Assembly: GCA_965202585.1 (NCBI GenBank)
Contig: OZ241828.1
Location: 70,432,001 to 70,496,000, forward strand
Direction of reading: 5' to 3'
Source: Thalia democratica
Taxonomy: Eukaryota
Length of the DNA: 64,000 nt
A program made the position numbers and the translations under genes. The notes under the pieces are model-generated. The model was not told the DNA's origin. It searched no databases and worked only from the letters and a program-made list of their open reading frames with translations. How positions within the stretch are numbered: the first letter of the stretch is position 1; each line of letters opens with the position of its first letter. This document shows positions 25,901 through 36,950 of the stretch, piece by piece.

Positions 25901-28400
25901 CACCATCCCATATAGTTCTTGGAAATTTGTACTTTTTACGAGTTCTAAATCTTTCTACACTTCCTATTTCTCTTTTATTTACAACCTCCCACATTTTAAT
26001 GTGAGCGTCTAACCATAGTTGTTGTAAATATTTATGACTCTTCGTTTGAAAATCGTGGCTTTTTATTATAATTTTCATTTCACTGTAAAAACGTTTAATT
26101 TTTAATAACAATATATTAATTTGTTACTATATTAAAAGTACATTATCTTACACTTCTCTGGTTAACATAGTAGAAGTTTGGAGAAGACTTAATGTGTTGG
26201 CCGTTATATATAATATACATCCTATAAACTTAAAACTATTATTTTTTAAAAGAAACCTGTTGCTAAAAAAACTACTTTTTGATTATTATAATATAAAAGC
26301 AAAAATATCACTTTATAATCTAAAAAACAAAGTGGTGTCAACTATTAAGATAAAATGGTAAACATTTTAGGTAAGTGTTTAAAAGTTTCAAACTAGGGAT
26401 TAAGATAAAACTTTTAGGTAAAAGTAAAAAATTAAAAATGTTAGATATTAATAAACTAGTCTCAGACGTAAATGATTAAGGGTAAACTTCGACTATGAAC
26501 TACAGATCTTAGGGATATATACTATGTAGATAATATTTGTAAATACATGAAAAAAATCTCATATTATTCTGTCAATCCTAAAAGAATAACGCATTGAAGA
26601 AAGTCAACTTTAGCTCCTAAAAAACTAGTTATGCTAAACACTTGTCGTAATGTTACATATTTAAAAGCGGTTTGTATTTTTTGTTAAAGGCATTTTAAGT
26701 GACAACATTTACTTAAGATTCACCATTTTCTGGTAACATTCTAAAAAAGAAGGGAGAAAATGGTTACTCTATAAGTAGTTAGGTTTAAAAGCTTATTTTA
26801 AAGCTTAGAAGTATTGGTTCGGTGTTAACTTAAGGTTTACGGTGTACTAATTAAGGTTGAGGTGAAATGTTTAGAACCAAAAACTAAAAGTTTAAGAAAC
26901 TGGGCCTAAACTATATGAAATAAGAGGTAAATAAAGATTAAGGATGTATTGTTTTAATTTTTTAAGGGCGATATTTTATTACACTAATAAACAGAATTAA
27001 AAGTTAAAAACTACTTATGTTAATATAAAATGTGTTATACGATTTGTGGCCGTTTAAATGAGAGTTTTTGCGGGTCAAGTATTATTTGTGTTTGTTTTTA
27101 ACGTCTTTACTACTTTTTAACTAAATAAAATTTTAAAAGTTTTCAAAAAAAAAAAAAATGATATAATTATCAAACTTAAACATAGTCGTTCCATAGTCTT
27201 TAAATATTTATGAAGTTCGATTTTGTCTTCTTTATAAAACCTAAATATTATATTAAAACTTAAATGAAAAATTTACGTGCATTATTAAAATTTCAAGTAC
27301 TTAGCGAACAATATTTATATCTAATAATTTAAACCAACCTAAATTCTCCTTTATTGAAAACAATGAGAGCTCTTCCAATAAGAACTGACTCATTGTTTTC
27401 TAACAAATCTCTGCGATGAGAAATACTGCTGAGAAACGAATTTAACAAGTTTATTTGTTTTGTTTCAACAAGGTCATTGACGTATGTGTTTATCTGTTCT
27501 TCTGAAACGTTATTTATTCTAAATGGATTTTGAGTATCGATTAAAAAATTATCTGTAGCTTCTAAAAAGTTCATCACATCAGGGGTGTTTAGATCTGCTA
27601 TTAGTTAAATATCCCATTATTTATTTAAATAAAAACAACTTTTTGCAGCTGTTAATTACTCGTGATTAAAAAATAATATTTCAAATTCATGCTTAGTTTA
27701 TATTATTGTATAATTTTTCTAAATATCCAAACGATTTTAAGTTTTGAAAACTCATTAAAAAAAACTTGATCCCTTTATATTTTATTTAAAGTTTTAAAAT
27801 TTATAAAAATATAAAATTAAAAATTAAAAAAAAAAAAATTGTAACACATGTAAAAACAACTAACGCAAAGGAGGTGGGTCCAACTTATGTACTGACTCAT
27901 CTTTATCAAGCGGCTTTTCGAGGTTCTTTTGAAGTTTGGTAGAAAGTTCATTAGATCTTGATTTCGGCTCTACAGCTTCTCTATTTTCTATATTTTTTTT
28001 TTATTAACTATGAATATAATTACTTGCATTAAACTGTAAAACTTAAATGTGTTCACACTATACTTTAGAAATTTTAAAATACATGAAATATTTTTAATCA
28101 AGTATAATTTTCATGATAGAATTTTATTACTTTATTCATTATTTTAAATTTTGCATTAAAATTAAACTAACTAGATGAAATCAAGTTATTCTCGTAATTA
28201 TCTATATCAAGATGCAATTTAGTTTCATTCACTCCTTTAACTGAAACATTGTTAGTTTCAGTCATACTTTCATTAACTCTTATAACATCACTTTCTAACG
28301 AGATCCCTAGTATTTCTCTTGGTTGAGTTACTTCTTCTAGATGTGGGTTTTCATCAATTTTAGACGATTGTTCAGTTGGCTCTGCCACAAAGTTTTCCAT
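19972..28400 (-). CDS. SIX: Divergent SIX-class homeobox transcription factor (SIX domain + K50 homeodomain + Q/N-rich C-terminus), 6 exons, about 767 aa
   Basis: Exons 28400-28172, 27987-27865, 27597-27339, 26082-25878, 22117-21948 and 21289-19972, all phases compatible. SIX domain: SEEQINTYVNDL...NNESVLIGRALIVFNKGEF / SHDFQTKSHKYLQQLWLDAH...RKKYKFPRTIWDG. Homeodomain helix 3: QISNWFKNKRQR (SIX consensus QVSNWFKNRRQR). The two N-terminal exons are less certain than the four domain and tail exons. Confidence 0.88.
22270..25540 (+). mobile_element. Decayed, near full-length RTE-clade non-LTR retrotransposon (APE + RT) in SIX intron 4, antisense to the gene
   Basis: Fragmented motifs: VDIAALQET, DFNAKV, DHSLI, DCNNYR, LYNAFIDLTK, FLYFGKIV, CVCSTLLYGSETWTL, LHWLSHVLKM, SFKDICKRDLK. 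Many stops and frameshifts. Confidence 0.85.
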
Positions 28401-28909
28401 ATAACTTTATTTATTTTCTTTATGTATTGTTGTCCAGAAAAAATATTTTATTTCAAATATAACCAATTAAAAACCTGTTGAACTTATGATAATAAAAACA
28501 ATAAAAGTTAATAAAAAAAACTATTTTAGTAAAACAATTTACTGTAAAGTACCGTATTAATATTTTAAAAATTTCGAAATTTCTTACAATTTTTTAATAC
28601 AAAAATTATCCAAAATTTAAATTCATTCTAAATAATGAGTATATACACAGTCATTGTAAAATATTAAACAAGTCATTGAAATATTTTCAAAGTAGTAAAG
28701 TAAATAGTTTAAGAGGTTTTGAATTTTTGAATATGTTGTTTCTAGCTATACTTGTTTTCCTTTTTATGCTAAAACTAATAAATAAATTAGTTTTCTAAAC
28801 AACACAAAAATAACTTACTACTACCTACACCTTTACACGACAGTATACTTTTATTTAAATGATTGTATAAAACTAGTGTTTTAAAGTTATAAATACTGAA
28901 TTTGTCAAA

Positions 28910-30200
28910 ATACTTTTTTAGGTCAAAATTCGGTCATTTTTAATTTGTTGTAATGTATTTAACTTTTTTAAATTAAAACTACTTTTTTAGGTCATAAATA
29001 GGTCAGTTTTAATGCGCTTTGTTGTTCCTAGTTTTGTCAAATGAAAAATACTTAATTAGGTCGAAAAAAGGTCACTTACGATGGTTTTATTTTTGTTCCT
29101 AATTATGACCAAAAATGTACTTTTTTTGGGTAAAAAAAGTCTTCTTTTAAAGAGTTTTTATAGAAAAATTAGATGTTAATATTAAAAATCATATTTGTAG
29201 TATGTTATATGGTTAAACAGAAATTAATTGTGTAACAATTGTAGATAGAAAATAATAGCTATAAGCAAAAAAATTAATCTTAAAAAAAAAAAAAACAATC
29301 CTATTCACTTTTTGACTTCTCACAACTAAACTATATTGTTTTAAAGCAACTAAACAAACCAAATAATAAACTGAATACCTTTTAAAATTAAATATATAGT
29401 TGTAAAGCTACTAAACAGACACATTAAATTACAAATCTTCATTAGTTAATGAACTACTAAAAATTTAATTTCAAATAGATTTTATTGTAGCTTGAACCTT
29501 TTTTATTATAAAGTGATTCAGTTTAAATATTTTTAAATCATCTTTAATGCCGAAAGTCTTTTACTCGTAATACGTTGTCATTTTATAAACTATTTCAAAA
29601 TAAAAATGTTTTCATTTTAATGCGCTCTACTTTTTTAACTAGAACAAACAAAAAATAGGTCACTTTGACAACAACATTCTAACGAAACTTATGAACTTTT
29701 TTAAATGTATAAAACCATAATTATAGCATAAGAAACCCTTATATAAAAGAAACCTGTTAGTTTATATTTTTGACTTCTAACAACAAAGTACTAGCATAAC
29801 TAAATGATAACCTTAACATTTTATCAAATGAAATATTTTAAAGATAAAATATAAAAGCTTTACTAAAATCAGATCTTCATTAACTAATGAACTGTTACAA
29901 AAATATGTTAACTTTATTTTGTGTAGTTTGAGTCACTTTTATTACTCAAACTTCAATTAGAATGTTTATAAAGCTTATAACCGGAAAGTACTTTTTTAGG
30001 TCGAAAAAAGGTCATCTTTAATCCGTTTTTATGTTCTTAAACACTTCACATAAAATGTACTTTTTTTGGTCAAAAAAAGGTCACTTTTAATGTAATTTTA
30101 TGTACCTAATTACGTATAATTGAATGTACTTTTTTCGGTCATAAACTGTTCCTTTTTAATTTGTTTTTGTGTTCCTGATTATGTATAATGAAAATTACTT
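28910..30200. repeat. Two clusters of degenerate repeats of about 65 bp (tacttttttaggtcnaaaaaaggtca...gttcct)
   Basis: Units recur at 28910-29150 and 29985-30200. Confidence 0.6.
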
Positions 30201-31649
30201 TATAAGTAGGTTAGTTTTGTTAACTGTTTCAAAAATAAAAGTAATAGTTTTCGTTTATAGAAAACTAATATTTAACTATTTTATTCATATGAACAACATA
30301 ATTTTCTACATTTTAAACTCCAAAATTATCTAATGTAAGTTTTAAATTGCTTGTAAGCTATACTTTATTTGAGATATTTTTTTTTGCTTTTTACTTTAAC
30401 CGTAGAATTGTCCAGTAAATTAATAAATTGCAGGCACACTTTCATGTTCGCATGAAGGAATCAGGGAATACCTTTGATGAGCTGCAACCCATTTAATATG
30501 AAAGTACTCGCAGGTCGCGCTTTGACTCTTCATGGGCCGCAGGCAACATCACTTTATACTAATTCAAGATACTCAGCGATAGCGCATTTGATCACAATTA
30601 AAACATTGCTGTACAAAATACCTTGAAGAACAAATGAAAAGTAACGAAATAGAAAGTTTTTTGGCTTTTTTTTATTTTAACTTTTGTTTGTACTTATCTG
30701 ATACTTTGAGAATTTAATATTTATACAAGACTTTTTGATCAGTTTAAAGGTTGCCTTAAACTATAGATTTATGTCTAGAAATGATAGTGCTTCATTCTAT
30801 AAAATGCAGATAATCAAACGTCTAGTTATGTAAACTACTTTTATTGATTTTCAAAACTTAATTGTTTAATATATTTTATTATCAAAACAGTTGTTGATAC
30901 TAACTTAATTTATAGCTTTAGTAATAACTTTTTAAAAATACAGTGAATATTTTTTTTGTTGATTTTTTTATTTTCTGAAAAGTATTCTTAAGTAAATAAA
31001 AAAATAATTACTAAAAAATTATATTACATGTGTCTATGATCAGTGTAATAAACAGTGAAATAAAAAATAAATCTTACAATACTTAGATAGATAACGAAAA
31101 TCACGAGCTAGGTATTAAAAAAAGAGAAAAAACTTCAAACTTTAATTAGCTAATGAAGTTTTTAAATAAAAAAATGAGGCTTTAACTTTGTAGTTTGAGC
31201 ATGTTTTTTTTAGCAACAATGTAAAACAATGTTTTTTTTCAATTGCTTTAAAGTGTTATTAGAAATCAATGATAAAAATATTTAGCATGAACTTATTATA
31301 AAATTTAATAAATTTTATTTTGCATTCTAAAGTTATTTTATATAAAAGATATCTGATAATAATTTCTTAAATAGTTAAGGAAATTTATTAACTAAAGTAT
31401 AAAAAAATGCATTTAAATAACTATTTAAATTATAATGTATAAATATAACAGGTCTGCTATCCACGGAAAAAAAATGTAAACAAAAATAACACAATGATGC
31501 AACATAATGATTAGTAAAACAAGTAAATATGAGGAAAGTAAAATAAAGTAGAATCAATTTTCTATCAACTTCTTCTTCTTCTGCTTTGTTTCGACAGCGT
31601 TTTTACTTTCTTTCAATATTTTGTCTTATTATTCTTATTTGTATCGGAT

Positions 31650-34422
31650 TATTAAGTACAAAAATCGATCTACCATCTAAGTAATTAAACAACTAAAATT
31701 AACGAAAACAACAGTTAATTGACTATAAAATACTTCAAAATGTGTTATATTTTAAAAGGAGCTTTTTCATATGTCGACAAGACGATATGAATTCACTCCT
31801 TCTACTCAAACGACCTTCCTTTTTAAACGCATACATAACGGCTGTTGATTCTTTTAAGCACAGCCTACAAACTGGGTTGTTACCATCTGCTCTTGGCTGT
31901 GCTCTTTTTATCACTTCCCAAGTTAATTTAAAATTAATTTTTTTGCGCTTAAGGCCGCAAACATACTTCGAAAGCTCAGTTTCATTTCGTATACACCACC
32001 TTTAAAGGATTTTTTATGGTTAGCATACCGAAATCTGAGTTTAGTGGAGCATAAACCGATGTAGAACTTCTTTCTATGGTCAGAGTTAACTGTTGCCTTG
32101 TAAATAATGTTCTCTGAGTGGCAATTGCCCCCCTTCAAATTATATTTACAGCCACCGGCGCAATTACACTGATTTTTGATTGAATTACTTTTGTTTAAAA
32201 TCCTTTGATTATGTGACTTGATTAATCTCTCCAAATTCGCCATACATGAATAACTGATTCGCATATTATGTTTGTTAAACATCTTTGATAATGGGTTATT
32301 TTTGTTGAAATGTTTTTTTTACTAGATTTATAAATTCTCTGCCGATGTTTGTTTTAACTGAATTACAGAATGGGGGATTATACCAAATTATATTTCGCTT
32401 TCTTTTACTTTTATTGGTCGTTTTGTTTTTTTTTTTCCGTTGTTTCAAAATTAAGTTAATCATTGTAACCACATTTTTTCATTATTAGTTCGTAATCTTG
32501 CTTTGTCTTTAAAAAGTTTTCTTCGTTGCTTGATCTTTTATTTAAGCGTTGATTAATTATTTTTGATATTTGGTTTATAATATTTTTTGGGTGGCTAGAG
32601 CATTTATTTATATACATAATTTTTGCGTTTTGCTTTTTATAAGGCATATAGGAGAGATCATACAAGTTGAGCTTCACATCCAGGTAGTCAGTCGTCAACA
32701 TTGGTGATTCAATAGTGGCTCGTAACCCCATGGACTTGAAGAAGGCGTGCGTTTGTTTTTTAGCCTTTCAACTATAAAGCCAGAAGAATTTGCAGTACAG
32801 CTAGACCATCGTCCCTGTACAACCCAACTCTTTCTAAACCAAAGATATTTTTCAACCCATTTAACAAAAAAAGGCCTACTAATTCACATAACTCTGCACC
32901 CATTAACGATCCCTGCGCTACATCAAAAAGAGAGCTGGTGTTATTTGCTCTCTTCTTTTGCCACAGGTTTCCTTGTTCATAAAGTATTGATTTACATGCG
33001 TTTTTTATTAGACTTAAGTCTTCAGTAGGTACGCTAGTATAAATGCCAGCAAATTTTAGTGATTTTATTACCAATTCTTCGCTGATAGAAGGATAAAAAT
33101 CAACTACATCAAACTTAAAAAAGCTGTACGCTTGTTTTTCCAAACCAGTGAACCAATTTAAGACTTGGTCTGTATCAGTCCACTGCATAAGTTTAGATTT
33201 TAAACGCACAGCTTTATTAATGCAGTCAATCTTAACCTTAACTATGCGACCTACATCGGACTTAGAGTATTAATTAATCTACATTTGGGATGTTTCAAAA
33301 AGTTATCTTTATGGTCTTTGACCGTTATGTATGCGTTTTTTAAAGGCAATTTTTTGATCCTATCATGTATTTTTAAGTTTTTAGTTAAATTTTCAGCCTC
33401 TACATTAATATCACTTAAAGTTTTATAAGTACATTTTTCGTAATCTTTAGTAATATTGTATTTTAATAATTTTTTACAGTCACTTACTGAAATTTCGTAA
33501 AAATTAGAAGTTTTATCAGAAGGCACAATCAAATTTTTGCATTTCTTATGTCCTGCACAATCTTTGAAAGTTCATGTTGGAAACGGCTTCTACTTGTTCT
33601 GAACTCCACGTCTTGCTTCATTTTGATTAGGTCTTCTTCAAATGCCTGTAGATGTTGTATTGGCTTAGGTGTGCGTGTTGTTTTGAACCCGTATGTTTCG
33701 TGTTCTTCTGCAGCCACTTGATCTTTTTCTTCGAAGAACTTTGCTTTCCACCGCAACCGTCTTACTAGGTGTTGAGTCTTCTGAATTAGAGCTTCCTTAT
33801 GCACATCTTGTTTAGCACACGGAATGTACTTAGTCGAATGCTTGATATCAAACTTTTTAAAATCTGACATTTTTTATAAAAGTGTTTTTGTTTACTGTGC
33901 TCGACAAAAATTTGGAGCATAAATATAAAATAAGGTTAATATTCAAACTTGAACACCTTCTACTGAGCCCACTTGAAGGGCTTTTAGATAATTTATTGAA
34001 ATGACGATTTTAAAAATTCTGGAACATATGTTTCATAAAGACTAAAAAGATTGTCTCTAATCTTCAGCCAGTTCAAATTTAAATAAAAAGCACTTTGGTA
34101 AACAATGATGTAAAAGTTTACAAAAAAACAAAAACAATATGACGTAAGAATTGAACATTGTACATTACAAACATTCAGTACAAAAATCAATCTACCATCT
34201 AACTAATCAACTAAAATAAACGAAAACAACAGTTAATTGACTATAAAATACTTCAAAATTTGTTATATTTTTAACGCATACATAACGGCTGTTGATTCTT
34301 TTAAGCACAGCCTACAAACAGGGTTGTTACCATCTGCTATTGGCTGTGTTTTTTTTATCACCTCCCAAGTTAATTTAAAATCAATGTTTTTGCGCTCAAG
34401 GCCGCAAACATACTTCGAAAGC
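31650..34422 (-). mobile_element. Penelope-like retroelement family A: near full-length, frameshifted RT + GIY-YIG with upstream pseudo-LTR
   Basis: ORF fragments 33870-33529, 33532-33251, 33209-32772 (FFKFDVVDFYPSI, QGSLMGAELCELVGL, YRDDGL), 32731-32456 and 32282-31735 (IYKATV...FYIGLCST.FRFRY.NHKKSF). A tandem partial 3' end at 34422-33980 precedes the ORF, the typical PLE pLTR layout. Confidence 0.93.
34018..34073 (-). ncRNA. Type I hammerhead ribozyme (PLE-A')
   Basis: CTGG-CTGAAGA-T[TAGAGAC..GTCTTTA]T-GAAA-CATATG-TT-CCAG. Confidence 0.75.
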
Positions 34423-34801
34423 GTTGTTTGCTTCGTTATGTATGCGTTAAAAAAGGAAGGTTGTTTAAATAGAAGGAGTGTATTCATATCGTCTTATCGA
34501 CATATGAAAAAGCTCCTTTTAAAATATAACAAATTTTGAAGTATTATATAGTCAATTAACTGTTGTTTTCGTTAATTTTAGTTGATTAGTTACTTAAATG
34601 GTAGATCGATTTTTGTACTGAATGTTTGTAATGTTCAATTCTTACGTCGTATTGTTTTTGTTTTTTTTTTTGTAAACTTTTACATCTTTGTTTACAAAAG
34701 TGCTTTTTATTTTAAATTTGAACTGGCTGAAGATTAGAGACAATCTTTTTTGTCTTTATGAAACATATGTTCCAGCATTTTAAAAATCGTCATTTCAATA
34801 A

Positions 34802-34805
<4 letters not shown>
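34423..34805 (+). mobile_element. Inverted 3' end / pLTR of PLE family A (A' subfamily)
   Basis: GIY-YIG C-terminus (VMYALKKEGCLNRRS...LLKYNKF*) plus 3' UTR, inverted relative to 33990-34270 and ending in (TA)n. Confidence 0.85.
34721..34775 (+). ncRNA. Type I hammerhead ribozyme (PLE-A')
   Basis: CTGG CTGAAGA TTAGAGACAA tctttt TTGTCTTTAT GAAA CATATG TT CCAG. Confidence 0.78.
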
Positions 34806-34834
<29 letters not shown>

Positions 34835-34839
<5 letters not shown>

Positions 34840-35219
34840 GTTTATTTAAAGATGCAAAACTCAAAGGACTCGAGTTTCGTGACTATTCACTCATCAGCTT
34901 CAAAATAAGTTTAAAATAAAGCACAAAACAAAATCACCAATAAAATTAAAAAATTTTTGCATAAATAGATTATGACGTAATTTTGAAACTATCAAAAATC
35001 ATGCAAAACGGCTTGTGCAAAAATTAATTTACTAATCGACAATAAACTAGCAAAAATTAATATAACTTCAGTGACTAATTATATATAAGTTACAGATGAG
35101 TGAATAGTCACGAAACTCTAGTCCTTTGAGTTTTGCATCTTTAAATAAACCTTTTTAATAATAGGGCCCTCAAGGTGGGCTCAGTGTGAAAAATTTAATT
35201 TATTAAGTTAAATAACTTA

Positions 35220-35222
<3 letters not shown>
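34835..35222. mobile_element. Non-coding PLE-like mini-element, family C (inverted hammerhead-bearing arms)
   Basis: aaaaggtttatttaaagatgcaaaactcaaagga... at 34835 is mirrored at 35093-35155. Flanked by (TA)n on both sides; no ORF. Confidence 0.65.
34860..34905 (-). ncRNA. Minimal type I hammerhead ribozyme (family C, canonical GUC)
   Basis: TTTTGAAG CTGATGA GTGA atag TCAC GAAA CTCGAG TC CTTTGAG. Confidence 0.85.
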
Positions 35223-35260
<38 letters not shown>

Positions 35261-35280
35261 CAAATGGCGATTTTAAAAAT

Positions 35281-35340
35281 TCTGGAACATATGTTTCACA
35301 AAGCTTTAATTTTTCATAAAGCTTTGATCATCAGCCAGTT
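35281..35340 (-). ncRNA. Type I hammerhead ribozyme (PLE-A)
   Basis: CTGG CTGATGA T CAAAGCTTT atgaaaaatt AAAGCTTTG T GAAA CATATG TT CCAG. Confidence 0.78.
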
Positions 35341-36415
35341 AAATTCAAAACACAAAGCACTGTACTAAACAAAGATACAAAAGTTATGCAAAAAAACAAA
35401 AAACAGTATGACGTAATATTGTACATTACAAATATTCAGTACAAAAATCGATCTACCTTCTAAATAATTAAACAACTAAAATTAACGAAAACAACAGTTA
35501 ATTGACTATAAAATGCTTCAAAATTTGTTGTGTTTTAAAAGAAGCTTTTTTATATGTCGACAAGACGATATAAATTCGCTTCGCTTATTTAAACAACCTT
35601 CCTTTTTTAACGCATACATAACGGCTGTTGATTCTTTTAAGCACAGCCTACAAAACAGGAATTTCAACAAAAATAACCCATTATCAAGGATATTTAACAA
35701 ACATAATATGCGAATCAGTTATTCATGTATGGCGAATTTGGAGAGATTAATCAAGTCACATAATCAAAGGATTTTAAACAAAAGTAATTCAATCAAAAAT
35801 CAGTGTAATTGCGCCGGTGGCTGTAAATACAATTTGAAGGGGGGCAATTGCCGGTCAGAGAACATTATTTACAAGGCAACAGTTAACTCTGACCTTGAAA
35901 AGAAGTTCTACATCGGCCTATGCTCCACTCAATTCAGATTTCGGTATGCCAACCATAAAAAATCCTTTAAAGGTGGTGTATACGAAAATAAAACTGAGCT
36001 TTCGAAGTATGTTTGCGGCCTTAGGCGCAAAAACATTGATTTTAAATTAACTTGGGAGGTGATAAAAAGAGCACAGCCAATAGCAGATGGTAACAACCCT
36101 GTTTGTAGGCTGTCCTTAAAAGAATCAACAGCCGTTATGTATGCGTTAAAAAAGGAAGGTTGTTTAAATAAGCGAAGCGAATTTATATCGTCTTGTCGAC
36201 ATATAAAAAAGCTTATTTTAAAACACAACAAATTTTGAAGCATTTTATAGTCAATTAACTGTTGTTTTCGTTAATTTTAGTTGTTTAATTAGTTAGAAGG
36301 TAGATCGATTTTTGTACTGAATATTTGTAATGTACAATATTACGTCATACTGTTTTTTGTTTTTTTGCATAACTTTTGTATCTTTGTTTAGTACAGTGCT
36401 TTGTATTTTGAATTT

Positions 36416-36475
36416 AACTGGCTGATGATCAAAGCTTTATGAAAAATTAAAGCTTTGTGAAACATATGTTCCAGA
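36416..36475 (+). ncRNA. Type I hammerhead ribozyme (PLE-A)
   Basis: Same motif as 35281-35340, on the + strand. Confidence 0.78.
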
Positions 36476-36560
36476 ATTTTTAAAATCGCCATTTGAATAA
36501 ATTATTTAAAAGCCCTTCAAGTGGGCTCAGTTGAAAGTGTTTACGTTTAAACATTAACCT

Positions 36561-36594
<34 letters not shown>

Positions 36595-36600
<6 letters not shown>

Positions 36601-36763
36601 AGGTTAATGTTTAAACGTAAACACTTTCAACTGAGCCCACTTGAAGGGCTTTTAAATAATTTATTCATCAGCCAGTTAAATTTAACTGGCTGATGATCAG
36701 AGCTTTATGAAAAATTAAAGCTTTGTGAAACATATGTTCCAGAATTTTTAAAATCGCCATTTG

Positions 36764-36775
<12 letters not shown>
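36595..36775. mobile_element. Tiny rearranged PLE-A pLTR remnant
   Basis: Inverted copy of 36500-36568 with an internal deletion, followed by a plus-strand hammerhead segment and (TA)n. Confidence 0.75.
36684..36743 (+). ncRNA. Type I hammerhead ribozyme (PLE-A)
   Basis: Same motif; one A>G change in helix II leaves a G.U pair. Confidence 0.75.
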
Positions 36776-36802
<27 letters not shown>

Positions 36803-36891
36803 TATATTAAAGGTTTTATACAAAGTTCTGATCGATAGTGCTCGACAAATCAAATTGGAGCTTAATATTTATTTAATTATATAAAAACTAT

Positions 36892-36950
36892 AATTTAAAC
36901 AGCTGTTTCACACATTGAAATGTAAAATTTCATGTGATCGTCAGTAAGTT
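36892..36950 (-). ncRNA. Type I hammerhead ribozyme (PLE-B)
   Basis: AACTTA CTGACGA T CACAT GAAAT tttac ATTTC a ATGTG T GAAA CAGCTG TT TAAATT. Confidence 0.75.

Larger units (their letters stand above)
35233..36570. mobile_element. 5'-truncated PLE family A with inverted pLTR (hairpin)
   Basis: Minus arm 35233-35652 mirrors plus arm about 36105-36506. GIY-YIG is on + from 35655 to 36238. Flanked by (TA)n. Confidence 0.9.

Noticed and set aside
30430-30630. GC-rich patch with TGATGA...GAAA and an exon-like frame
   Set aside because: No helices for a hammerhead, no clean C/D snoRNA boxes, and several in-frame stops.
35093-35130. Additional family C hammerhead
   Set aside because: The core is CAGATGA (U4>A), the helix III palindrome is broken and the helix I 5' strand is missing. 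It is a degenerate copy and is not listed as a ribozyme.
35513-36238. 241-aa ORF treated as a gene
   Set aside because: Chimera of an antisense pLTR arm fused to the sense GIY-YIG at the inversion junction near 35655.
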